Source: Hormiphora californensis
Taxonomy: Eukaryota > Animalia > Ctenophora
DNA: 64,000 bases
Reading direction: 5' to 3'
NCBI GenBank assembly: GCA_020137815.1
Contig: CM035355.1
Location: 6,076,001 to 6,140,000 of the forward strand
A model generated the notes under the pieces. That model did not search any database and was not told the DNA's origin. It worked only from the letters and a program-made list of their open reading frames with translations. Below, in pieces: positions 1-12,009 of the stretch; position 1 is the first letter of the stretch; each line of letters opens with the position of its first letter. Made by a program: the position numbers and the translations under genes.

Positions 1-5
1 CTTAC

Positions 6-479
6 CTACGATATTACAGAGAAAGGCAGCGGGGACACTGCTTGTTGAGAACTTCCTTCCATTTACCAGGGTTATCGCAGATAGGGACATGGGCAGAACG
101 GTGTAGAGCAGGTCACTAACAGATAAACTGAGGGTGTATTTGTTGAGTAACTGGGGTGGGAAAATGTTAACAAGGTTGGGACAATTATGGACGTTATTTA
201 CATGATTTAGTGAGACCAATGTCGTCTAAATGTTAGTACGGAGGTCTGAGAGCAATCAGTAGTAAAACTCAGCACGAACGACTACAAATTACAAGTTGAA
301 ACCTACCATAAGATGAGAATCAAGGTTGGATTTGCTTTATTCTGTTTCCGTCCCCTCAGGAGGATCACAGTTCTCATTAGTTTGATGTTAAGTAGGACTG
401 ATGTCACGATAAGAACGAATATCACCACACTAACCACCTCATCAAAAACATCACCCTCTCCTCCGTGAAACTTCCACGG
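6..479 (-). CDS. Class A (rhodopsin-like) GPCR, partial: exons 479-307 and 127-6 (TM1, TM2, ECL1); continues off the left edge, first exon not identified
   Basis: Two GT-AG exons join in phase: PWKFHGGEGDVFDEVVSVVIFVLIVTSVLLNIKLMRTVILLRGRKQNKANPTLILILC|LSVSDLLYTVLPMSLSAITLVNGRKFSTSSVPAAFLCNIV. This gives the TM1 Asn, the TM2 LxxxD motif and the Cys at the top of TM3. A GTAAG donor sits at 5-1. Confidence 0.8.
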
Positions 480-1697
480 CTGAAATGGAGGTGGTGGTTA
501 GCGGTGAGACTTGCCCGATAAATGGAGCTTGAGCATCGACTAGTTAGGTATCGATGCAAGTTTTAATGAAAACAGCAGAGGATTACACTCCCAAGCCGAG
601 TAGAGGAGCTAGTTGTGAAAATAGTTTAAGAATTAGCAAAATCATGACAAATAGCACAGCAGAGAGACAACCCAACCCTCAGCCTCACTCAAAATGAGAG
701 GAGTTGTAAGGGGTACTCAACAAGAGAGGAGGGTCTTGTATTGTGTATAACATTGTGTGTACTATAATACTGTGGTACGCACATAAGACAGCTCAACCCC
801 CATCTAATATCGATTGCCTAACGACGCCCACCTTTTCAGTTTCTAAAACATATTCTAGACTATCTACTATAGAGTATCTAGTGTCTAGCTAGATACAGTA
901 TCTAGTTAGCACCTTTTTCTTAGAAAGTATGGCCATGATTTGTCACAGAATAGAAATCGATAACTACAGATATATCACATATATAACAGAGGAAATAGGA
1001 AAGGATGGTTTTTTGTAGAGAACTTATGGGAAAGAAAATCGGCTGATTTATATGTCGTTCGTTGTGTAACTTTTAACCGCAATGGTATCGTTTACACCAA
1101 AGAGACAGATAGATAGATAGATGGCGAGGAAGAAGAGGAGAGAGATAGGGATAGAGAGATAGACAGATAGACAGATAGATAGATGGCTAGGAAGAGGAGG
1201 AGATAGATAGATAGATGGCTAGACAGATAGATAGATAGATGGCTAGGAAGAGGAGGAGAGAGATAGGGATAGAGAGGGAGACATATAGATAGATAGATAG
1301 ACAGGGCGAGAAGGAGAGATAGAGAAGAGATAGAGGGATGAGAGGCCTATAGAGGGAGACAGCTCATCAGGAAGACAGCTCATCAGGAAAAGGTTGTGGT
1401 GAAATTAGTACTACAACTATGCGAATACTACTAGGCTACTGACTACTCTTTATTATAGATATTCGGATATAGATATCCTAAAATATGGAAATTTTAGGGA
1501 GCTCCACATTCACAAGAGAACAATAAAACAAAAAACGTATAGAAACCTACCATTTTAAGTCAAGATTGAAGTTTGACGGTTCGAGTATTATGAACGAAGA
1601 GGATCTAGTTTGACTTTGAGTTCAAGGCAAAGTTACGTGTACCACATTACAAAGTACTGTTAAAAGGTCATTACTGTTCTATAGGTCATTATATTTA

Positions 1698-1797
1698 TAG
1701 AAATTCTAATTCTCTCTTTTTATCTCTCCTATAGAAACTCTAATTCTCTCTCTTTATCTCTCCTATAGAAACTCTAATTCTCTCTCTTTATCTCTCC
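1698..1797. repeat. Tandem repeat, ~33-bp unit x3 (ATAGAAACTCTAATTCTCTCTCTTTATCTCTCCT)
   Basis: Direct repeats read in the sequence. Confidence 0.8.
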
Positions 1798-4700
1798 ATC
1801 TATTCCTTTCTCTCACTATATAGTACTCATCTTCAATAAGCTTTCAAGTGCTACTATTATATTGCGAGAGAATGAAGTAGATAATAGAGCTCTATAGTTG
1901 GATTGAAAAAGAACTAATGCTAGGAGTTTAATAGTGACGTAGAGAGGTCTAAAAATTTAATGCATCGATCAGCAAGTCATATATGTAGTTCAACATTGAG
2001 CACAAGTCGGTAATTGCTCGATTTTCAGGGCTTAATGGGACGATAAATCGGTTGTGAATTATATGGAACAATCCAATCTAGAGAGATCACCAATTGCTTT
2101 CCAGTTTCCAGTTTCCAGAAGGAACGAAAGGGAAAATTCTTCACTAAAGAAGCATTAGATAGCATCGTGTCACTTTGGTGTGTATGTCGAACTCTGTCAG
2201 AGCATCGTCACTATCTCGTGTATGGAACTGCAGTACAACACGGAAAACAATGATTATCTCAAGAAATTGCAACAGCTGGTATCTGGCAAGTAACTACAAA
2301 TGAGAGAATGATGTCAACTCAACTTCGGTAGTGCATTACCAATAAAAAGTGAGTGAGTAAGTCATATCTCATAAAGGCAGAAGTAGAGACTGAGAGACAT
2401 AGGGAAAGACATAGAGAGAGACATAGACTAGAGAGAGAGGCAGAGAGACAGAGAGAGGAAGAGAAATATATTTTCCATGTGCATAAGGATGTGTCTTTTG
2501 TATGAGGTATTCCTTTATCGAAAAGAGAGAGAGAGTATTCAAGTTGTATATTCGGAGAGCTCTGAATAAGTGGCTAATAATGCTGGGAAAACGGCAAGAA
2601 ATGGGCTGGAGAGTTTTTCCCATTGCAGAAGGAAACGAACAAATAAATAGACAGAAAAAGACACTCCCAGTCCCACGACTATCTCAAAATTCTCTGTTAT
2701 GGAATATGGAGCGCTTAATTCACGTAGCGGTAGTCTTCAAACGCCATGCACTACATACAAGCCAAGCAGCAAGTATAATATACGGTATATTCATAAACCT
2801 TCCTCTACGCATGTGTATAGCACTCTAATTTGTTTGAACATATTCAAGAATGGGGAAAAAAGGAAAACATATATGTTCGCTAATAAGCCGGCATAACCGG
2901 ACTAATTAATTGACCCGTTTAACGGGGTTTTATATCCCTGGAAATATGAGGCTTTGATGACCCAACCGACATATGATCACTGTTAGAGCATTGACCTGAC
3001 AGCATGATATCCCCGCCACATATTCATATAAAGGACCGGGGCAGCACGCGGTACGTGCCGGCAACTAAAATAGCGGGGTAGGCCTGATATGATAATGATT
3101 ATATAATATGTGATCCAAGCATGTCATGCATCAGCATCATATTCATAGGATCTGAAACTGTGAACAAACTGAAACCAAAAGTCATGCTGAACTAGTTTCA
3201 TGCTGTGCTGTAGTGTAGTGTTTTTTTCAAACCCGGGGAAGGAGGGTCGAACAACTGCAGTGCTAGTTGACGCGTTGCAACTTACATTTTCATCATGGGT
3301 TGTGTTGGTTGTGTTGTGAACGGCAACGGGCATCAAAGCATTGAATTCTGCAGGGACGCTTGTTGTTGAGTAAAGGGAAGCACTGAAGCAGGGGAATCAA
3401 GTCCAAAACTTAGTATGGCGGTTAAGTAATAGTGTTTCAGTCGCTGATTCAGAGGTCTTGGTAATTTTAATTTTAGGCGTGGCTAGGTTGTAAATTTAGT
3501 TTTCATATTGACACGCCTTAAAAAGTAAACGGTTTTTTTCCAAAATGAAAATACCAAATTAAATAGCATTAACAAAAAATACAGGCTAAAGCTAACTGCA
3601 TCATACTCATAATACTCATAATATGTACTAATTTTTGGTTTTGCCTTTCTCTCTTACTCTCTCACCCTCCTCTCACCCTACTCCCCTCTCCTTCGCTCTC
3701 TCCCATCTTCTTTTCTCTCCAATTGATTGCATTGTACATCACGCAGCACGTCAATGATCGTAGAACGACAGAAAAAGTTGCCCGGTAATTGAATTTGAAC
3801 CCCGCGGCTGATCTCAAACTCCTTTTTACGGATGTCAGTGACATGGACAATTTACAAACGTGTCGCATCCTGATTACTCTTGGATTAACTTTTTCTCTCT
3901 AATCTCTCTATCTGTCCATCTATTTCTTCACATTTTCGGTGATACAAAAGGGGAAGTCACTCATAACAGATTTTACCCAAACCTCCTTCAAGCATATTAA
4001 TTATTATAACCCTCTAAGGAGGCTTTAGGGTTCATGGTGTACGCTACACTGTACAGTGTACACAGAGCATGTAATGAAACTATTCCAAACAGATAAGAGA
4101 GAATCTTTAAATACAAAGCTACCTATCACAAATTTCAGAGGAATTGCCAATAAATTGTAATTTGGAAAGTTAGCGGGAAATTATTCGCATATTGCAATTT
4201 GCAATTAACTGCAATTAGTTCAATCAGCTCTACGTGATGTCAATTATATTTGATTGTGAGCAGAAAGAGGAAGAGAAGGTAAAACTTATCGCACTAAAAT
4301 AGAGATGGTTTTGTGTTTATTTGATTATTATCGATTTAAATATATGCACAGTCATTTGGATACCGAATCCGATTAGAATTCAGATTATTTCTCACGGAAA
4401 CATATATTAGGTCACTCTGTAATAATTATGAAATAACTAACTTCCTGCGCTCGAAAATATCTAGAAATTAGTTCCCTAAATAATGCTGATACAGGATATT
4501 ATAATTTATAATTGAAGCCACAAAATTAATTTATCCCAGCAAATTATATAAAGTATCAGTATGTGTAGTAATAATCGGATAGAACAAAGAGAGCGGGGGA
4601 AATAAAAAGAGGGACGTGAGCGAATGAGACAGAGAGGGAGTGGGATCGAAGAGAAAAAGAGAAATATTATGAAGGAGTAACACAAAAGCCTGGAAATGGT

Positions 4701-5925
4701 TTCCGGAAGAACGCGTGATAACAAAGACCAGGCCATGACGACAGATGAAATTTGTATAGAACGTAACTTTCATATTCTTTCTTTTCTCTCTCAATGTCTC
4801 TCTCTGGAATTCTCCCTCCTCTAAAAACTGCATTCATCCCTATATCAGGATAAACTTTACCGATTTACTAGTATTCTTTTCCAAGCATTCCTTTCCAATA
4901 TACAGAATACTTCCCTAAAAACGGAGCTAAATCAGCTAACTATTAACTAGCTCGGAACTCAGAAGACAACTCAGTAAATTACTTGTTCTTTTGTCCAACC
5001 TTCCTTACTCAATGGCATGTCTGTTCAACTGAACTTCATTGAAAATGAACAATAGTGCTAATAATAGATCATCTCATAAAGAAAGGGGGTTGCGGAAGTA
5101 ATGGGAGACACGTGAGAACTCTCTAAAATTAAAAAGGGAGCAGTAATATAATAGCGCACTCGTTATGATATAATAGTCGTGAAGCGATAATGGCTCTATA
5201 ACTAGCCGTCACTTATCAGGTGGTAATGGTTATCTGCTTCTATATAGGGATAGGAAATTAGTCACCAGACTAAAAATATAAGCTAGTTTAAAACAGTTGC
5301 AGTGCTGTAGTAGAGATTAGGCCACGCGACGCAGAGGCCTTTTCCACTGTTTTTAATGTACAGATGTACAGCATTAAGCCGAGATAATTAGTAATTACAA
5401 TCGAGAGGTAATTATGGTACCTGTCAATGTACTACAGTAATCATGCAGTCCAGCTGTCAAGAGTGACACAATGCATAGAATTTAGATTAATTACTGATAA
5501 TTACACCCCATTATGAATGGTCCAGACGTACCTTATCCAGAAGCGAATTAATTGTTCAAGGAGAGGGAGGTAGGGGAGGGAGAAAGATAGGAAGATAGAG
5601 TAGGGACATGCTAAGATATTAATGTTTGAAGGGAGAAGGTCCTCAAGGATTAAAGAATGAACCTGACAAGTCCTAAAAGAGGCGCCATTACTTCGATATA
5701 AGTAGGCTAAAACGACGTCCAAGTACCGGTGTTATAGAGGTGGTGGGAAGGGGCAAGGGTTACGGTTAAGGGATGGGGACTTCTGATAAAAAAGTGGAAA
5801 CCCCGCGACCCGGGTCTCTTGAAACATCTAAAAACCTAGATAACTACACAAAAGAGGGGGCATAGGGGAGGAGAAGTCGAGTTAATAATCAGCACATTCA
5901 AAATGGAAACAGTAATTTAGCCGAT

Positions 5926-5986
5926 ACCCCGATTTAACGGACAAAACCCTTTCCCCCGCGGGTGCCGTTAAATCGGGGCCCAACTG
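5926..5986. mobile_element. Right-end fragment of the CAGTCGGACCCCGATTTA MITE family
   Basis: Nearly identical to 11820-11880; ends ...CAACTG-TA. Confidence 0.7.
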
Positions 5987-7216
5987 TATATAGGCTGATG
6001 ATGACAGAGAGAGAGAAAGAGCTGAGAGAGGAAGATCAGAGATAAAGATAGAAAGATCAGGGGTTCAGGGAGAGAGAGGAAGAGAGAAAGCCAGAGAACA
6101 AGGAAAATAAACTCACTGGTGCAGATGACTTTGCACTTCATTTCTGGAGGCACTTAAGTCATATAAAATTAGTGAGGCGGTGAACGATAATCTGTGGCCG
6201 CACTTCCTTTAAATTTGATGACTCGATAAACGTGCTAATATTGTGGTAAACATTCCGATATAATGGTTTCTGGTATGTCCTATAATAATAGCAAGGGCGG
6301 GGACTGATACGATACATTATCGAAAGAGGGCACGCGTGCACGTTCAATGCTGGACACATATAATTGATTCTAGCCAACAGCCGAAAGATTCTGAACCAGT
6401 TTTGTGGTTGCTGATATTGTCTATCACCGCAATCTTATAATGTTTTATCGACACTTAAATTCATTGAGTACTTGTCTAGTTTCAACACCAACCCATCCTT
6501 TCAGTTCTCAGAAAAGTTTTCTGAGAGTAATAATAAAACATGAGCAATTGAAAACAGTGGGACTAATCGGCTACATTCATTTGCCAACCACTAGAAAAAG
6601 CTGTGTTGGCGATAAAAAGGCATTAAGCTGAATTGAGAGCGTTATTAATAAGTCAGGGACTGGTGTTTGAACAAGATCACGAAGGGTCAGCCCTCGACTC
6701 CCCCTAAATCTGTTCTAGTGTATAATCTGGTGTTTTTTCCGTGATGGCCCAAACATTTCCGAATAGCTAATGAGCTAGAACGGGGCTAGAACCCAAAAAG
6801 ACCCAAACCGAGAACCCAAAATAATGCCAAGGACAGTTAAAATGAGTACAAGAAAATGTAATGTATTTCTTGTATTTGAAAGACTGACAACGACTACTTT
6901 TATTACATGCGCGTCGTATGTCGGCCGCGCGCTAGGGAGGACAGAGAAGTGCAGCCACAAATTGAGCAGTAAAATGGAAAACAGACGTGCTATTTACGGT
7001 CGGGAGAATGAAAAATAATATCTTTATAAATAACATAAAAACGAATTTATATCAAAAAAGAGTCCAGTACATGCTCTAGTTAAAAAGTCTTTGCAGCATT
7101 CTGCTTTTTATAACTGTAGTACGCTTTAAACGCTTTAAAAAGTTCGAAATATATGCTAAATCGATAATTGTAACAGTTAGTGGTCGATCTGAGTCAAGAG
7201 TTTTTCTGGTGGTGTA

Positions 7217-9213
7217 TTATTCAACAACTAGTTCCATCGCATCAAACTTTTTGAAGTCAGATTCGTGTTCTTCAACCCACCGCTCATACGCCTGAAAGAA
7301 AAACAGGGGGTTGTAAGGGTGTAGGGTACAAACAAAACCTGACAGGAAATAGGTGACATAACTGATACTAAATAAACAAACAAACAATACAATACAGAAA
7401 GAGAGGATCTCTAAGAGAGAATAATGAGACAAAACACCATCATTACCTCTTCGTTTATTGCAGTTGGGGGATCACGTTGTTTAGTTTTCCTCCCTGCTGT
7501 CTCTGCAATAGAACAATCCTCACTCAGCGGATACATCGAATATCCCTCCTCTTCTCTCTCCTCCTCTTCCTCCTCATCATCTTCTTTTTCTTCTTCTGTC
7601 TGTTTAGGTTTGAAAACTTGCCGTACAGGGGTACGCAGCTGTGATTTAAACCGTTTCGCTTTTGGAGGTTCAGGTTTCTCGGCAGTCTTGGATTTGATGT
7701 GAGGTTTTAGAGCTAGTCTTGAACTGTTCCCTGATTTGTTGTTTGAGATGGGTGTCAGGTTACACTCAAATAGGTTCATACTTCGTTCCAACTCTTCTAG
7801 TTTACCATCCTGTACTGAGGGAGTGGAGGGCGTAGTGGGAGGAGGAGTTTCTGCTGATTTTGTTCGACGTTTCCGTTTGGCGAGGAGGAAGCTACAGATT
7901 GAGAGATCATTTTCCTCATTTCCAACCTGGATCTCCAAATCAGTAGACGCCTTCTTAGCGGGGGATTTGTAGATTGGGATACGGGATTCTTTCTCCATTT
8001 TGGTGATTAATGAGTCCATTTCTCGTTCTTTGTCTGCAGTATTGATGTGTTTCTTGGGTCGCAAACTCCTAGAACTACAATTCCTAGATTTATCTCCATC
8101 ATCTGACTTATCAAGAGGCGCTTTGAACTCTTTGAAATCACCTTCCATTTCAGGTGTTTTAGGATCCTGAAGCAAGTTTGAAGCAGGTGTTTGTAAGGAG
8201 TCTACCCAATCAGCAACATGCTTCTTTTTCTGTTTGCTGTTGTATAATTTTAACACTGTTTCAGGCTCCCCTGTGGTGAGAGATTTCCTGCTACCAACTG
8301 TGTACACCACACCAGCAGAGGTTTCCTTGACAGGTACAGGTGTAGGTTCAGTCACAGGTACAGGTGTAGGTGAAAGTGGAGGTTCGGCTAGCACAGGTAC
8401 AGGTGTAGGTTCAGTCACAGGTACAGGTTCAGCTGAAAGAACAGGTGTAGGTGAAAGTGGAGGTTCGGCTAGCACAGGTACAGGTGTAGGTTCAGCCACA
8501 GGTACAGGTGTAGGTTCAGCCACAGGTGTAGGTGCAGACTCGGTAGTAGGTGCAGGTTCATCCATAGGCACATGTTCAATGGGAACTGATTCAGCTACAG
8601 ATGCAGGTTCGGTAGAAGATGCAGGTACTGGTCCAGATTTAGCTACTGGTGCTGGTTTTGTAGTAGTAGCTATAGGTTTAGTGGACTCCGATGTATCAGG
8701 TTCAGGTTCAGGTGAAGGCTGTTTGGGAACAGGTTCCGATTCTCCTACATCTTGTAGTGGTTCTGAACTGGGTACATCAGGTTCTTGTTTCCTTTTTCCT
8801 CTACCACCCTTCTTAGCTTTCTTCTCGGTCTCCTTCACAGCTGATTCAACCGCTTTCCTCTTCCTTCCTCTCCCCTTTCCCTTGTCCTCTGTCACACTGG
8901 GAATACTTTCAACAGGGGCAATTAGTGAGGGATCTGGTTCAAGAGGGTTCACTGTGTCCGGTAGCTGTTTCCTAGCTCTCAAACTCCTTCCGGAAACCAC
9001 TTCATCCTTTGGAGGTGACGTGTTGAATGTCTCTTTTATTCTCTCAACTTTAGTCTTGGGAATCTCAAGTTTTGGTGTTTCCAACTTCTTCCTCCCTTTT
9101 TTGGTGGGTTTCTTGGTAGCAGGGGTGTTGGCAGGTCCTGATGATGAGGTTGAGGTGCGAAGGGGTCGACCCTTCTCAGGGGAGGTTCCTCGGTTCCCCC
9201 TTAGTCTTACCAT
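7217..9213 (-). CDS. Sororin/CDCA5-like cohesin regulator; exons 9213-7447 and 7291-7217, ~613 aa, disordered, with Pro-rich EPTPVPV repeats
   Basis: 600-aa ORF with a GTAATG donor at 7446 and a TTTCAG acceptor at 7292, in phase 0. The terminal exon AYERWVEEHESDFKKFDAMELVVE* resembles the sororin C-terminus (EWAAAMNAEFEAAEQFDLLVE*). Many S/T-P sites. Confidence 0.65.
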
Positions 9214-9452
9214 CTAGGTGGGATGGGGGAGTTTGGTGATTAGGGAAGCCGGCAGAAGGGGGGATAAAGGAGGGGGAGTGGGAAAGAAAACACAGTTCTG
9301 CCATAAAATAATCAATAATTTACACACACTCCTTCGAATGAAATTTCTAAAAAAAAACCCAAACTCCCTATAATAGCCTGATATGTGACAGTCAACTCTG
9401 AAAAATATTGCAATTTCAATTAATACAGCCCTACTAGCTTACGAGAGATGTT

Positions 9453-10489
9453 CTATTCCCGCTCAACAAGACCATGTTTATCTAGTGTATCACTAAGGGC
9501 ATGCCCATCTTTGATATAATAACACAGGGTTGCCTTCTCATAATAATCATTATCCAGTCCAATATTCTGAATCACATCCAACAAGGAAACAGATTTCCCT
9601 ATAACTGGGGCACCCACTGCATACCTCATGTGGGCAAAGTGAATGTGAAGGCGATAGTAAGCTGGCTGGTAATGGAAATAAACCCTGAGAAGAGATTTAG
9701 GAACCTTAAATTTTTCCTTGATGACAGCAAGACACGAATCACGGAGTTCTTTCAACATCGGCAAGTGGGACTGATTTAAATCTCTGATACTGTAAATCTC
9801 CTTATCCTCCACAATCGCTAGACAGTACAAGTTCTCAGTACTAGACATATCCCATTTGAGGTCGGCAGTTAGAACATACCCCTCTTTAGGGTCGTGTTTC
9901 CTCAGAATCACTCTGTCAGCTTCACTTTTACCGGACAGCAGGTTATCCACCCATTGCATGTCGCTGAGATGGTCCATTATGTAGGGTCGAGTCACGGTAT
10001 TGTATATCTCAGGGGTTTCCTCGACTAGATAAGCGGGTTTTTGTTTGAATTTGTTGATGATTTTCTCGGTAGCAGGGTGGATTACTGTCGTTTTGAGAGA
10101 GTTAGTCCAGGCTGGAGGGTTTAGGTGAAACACGTAGAAAATATCGTTCTGCATCTTTAGTTTTAACTCTGAAAAAGGATGAAATAGATCAGAGAGAATG
10201 AATTATTTCTCAAGTACAATGAGCTTGAGGTCTTGAATATTGCATTCCTATCCCCACAAAACCTACCAGATTTGGGCGATAAGAACTCCCTCACTTTCTC
10301 CTCATTGATACTGTTAACTTCAAACAATACCACAGCAGGGCCCTCCTTTCCTCTAATCTCTCCCAGGGTAAACACGACCCTCCCATCATCGCTCTGCCCC
10401 AGTAGCTCTGTTATGGAGAAGGTACTGATATCACCACCAACCGGGGAATCCTCCTCTAGTTTGGGTTTCTTGGCTTCAGAACCGTTCAT
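9453..10489 (-). CDS. DCPS: Scavenger mRNA decapping enzyme DcpS (m7GpppX diphosphatase); exons 10489-10267 and 10168-9453, ~312 aa
   Basis: Motifs NDIF, TTVIHPATEK, DLKWD, SIRDLN and FHYQPAYYRLHIHFAH (HIT triad). A phase-1 GT-AG intron rebuilds ...PKSELKLKMQNDIF. Confidence 0.93.
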
Positions 10490-10765
10490 CTGATGACTCT
10501 CTCTGGGGAAGGTGGTTAGTTTAATTGTTAGATCGGTTACTGGGATAGGGTAACAGGGGTTGGAATTGGGTACTTCAAGAGTTATCATTTTATGAGTCAC
10601 ATTTATTGGAGAGGTTTGTCACAATATTGGAGGGGTTTGGGGGGATGGAGGCAGTCCAGAAAGGGAGTCAGTATGAGAAAAACACGAGTTTTGAGAGAGC
10701 GTGAAAACAGGGAGACATCAATATAAGAGGGAATTACAGTTTTAAAACCTGGTTTCAATATATTA

Positions 10766-11880
10766 CAGTCGGACCCCGATTTAACGGCCCCCGATTTAGC
10801 GGCACCCCGATTTAACGGCAGGATAAATTTCCCCCAAAATTTTTTTGAAATTTTTTTTTGAAAATTTTTTGAAAAACCACGTCCGAATCGTGTTTCGAAT
10901 CGGTGCATCTTATTGCATGTCTTGCCGGTAATTAGACGGTTCAAAACGAACAGATATGTGATCCCCATGAGGCCCATCGAATCGCAATTTTGACGCTTGT
11001 TAAACTGGCCTCATGGGGATCACGTATCGGTTCGTTTTGAACCGTCTAATTAGCGACAGGACGTGCGATAAAATGCACTGATTCGAAACACGATTCGGAC
11101 GTGGTTGATATACCTTTGAAAAATTTTCATAACTTTTTTTGCAAAATTTTACAGAATTATTGTCAATGCTTTGATCGGTGCTCCCCATGAATTTCGCGTG
11201 AAACATTTGTTGATTGTGTAAAAAACTTGTTTTCACTTGTCACAATAGTTAAGCTCTCCGCATCCCCGGATCGAGCACTCTACCAGGATACTAACTTCTA
11301 CATCTAGCTAGTATTTTGAAATTCAAATTCTTCCTCACCCCGCTTAAAGTGCCCCGATTCGGCATGGTATCATGTATCGGTTCGTCTAATTAGCAGCAAG
11401 ACATGCGATAAGATTCACTGATTCGATAAACGATTCGGACGTGGTTGATATATGTAGTACTACAGTCGGACCCCGATTTAGGACCCCCCGATTTAGTGGC
11501 ACCCCGATTTAGGGACAGGATTTTCCCCCCGATATAGGAAATTAACCTTATTTGACCCAGATTTAGTGGACACCCCGATTTAGTGGACAAGAGCCATTCC
11601 CCCCGAGGGTGTCCCTAAATCGGGGTCCGACTGTACCTTGGAAAATTTTTATAACTTATTTTGAAATTATTTTGAAATTACTTTCTTTTTCTAATCAGAA
11701 ATGATCATGTAATCAATACATGGAAATTGCATTTAACACTTTTAGTGTGTTTTAGTACAGCATTTTGGACAAAAATAGGGTTTTATGGGCCAAATATGCT
11801 CTACCCCGATTTAACGGACACCCCGATTTAACGGACAAAACCCTTTCCCCCGAGGGTGCCGTTAAATCGGGGTCCGACTG
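10766..11880. mobile_element. Non-autonomous Tc1/mariner/pogo-type MITE with CAGTCGGACCCCGATTTA TIRs and TA TSD; internal ~110-bp inverted repeat
   Basis: TA|CAGTCGGACCCCGATTT...AAATCGGGGTCCGACTG|TA, subterminal CCCCGATTTA repeats, and a homologous copy at 34870-35474. Confidence 0.88.
11463..11633. mobile_element. Short MITE of the same family nested in the 10766-11880 element
   Basis: Has its own pair of CAGTCGGACCCCGATTTA TIRs flanked by TA. Confidence 0.85.
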
Positions 11881-12009
11881 TACTGATAATCACTACCACC
11901 CCCACGTTTTTATAAAACTCAAATTTCTCACAGCATTATATCTCAGATCATTGTGTCTTTTTTTCTGAGTCACTATTCCCAATTCCCACAATGTCAATTC
12001 ACATATATT

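Noticed and set aside
8234-9217. 327-aa Gly/Thr/Ser ORF on the plus strand
   Set aside because: Antisense shadow of the repetitive sororin-like exon
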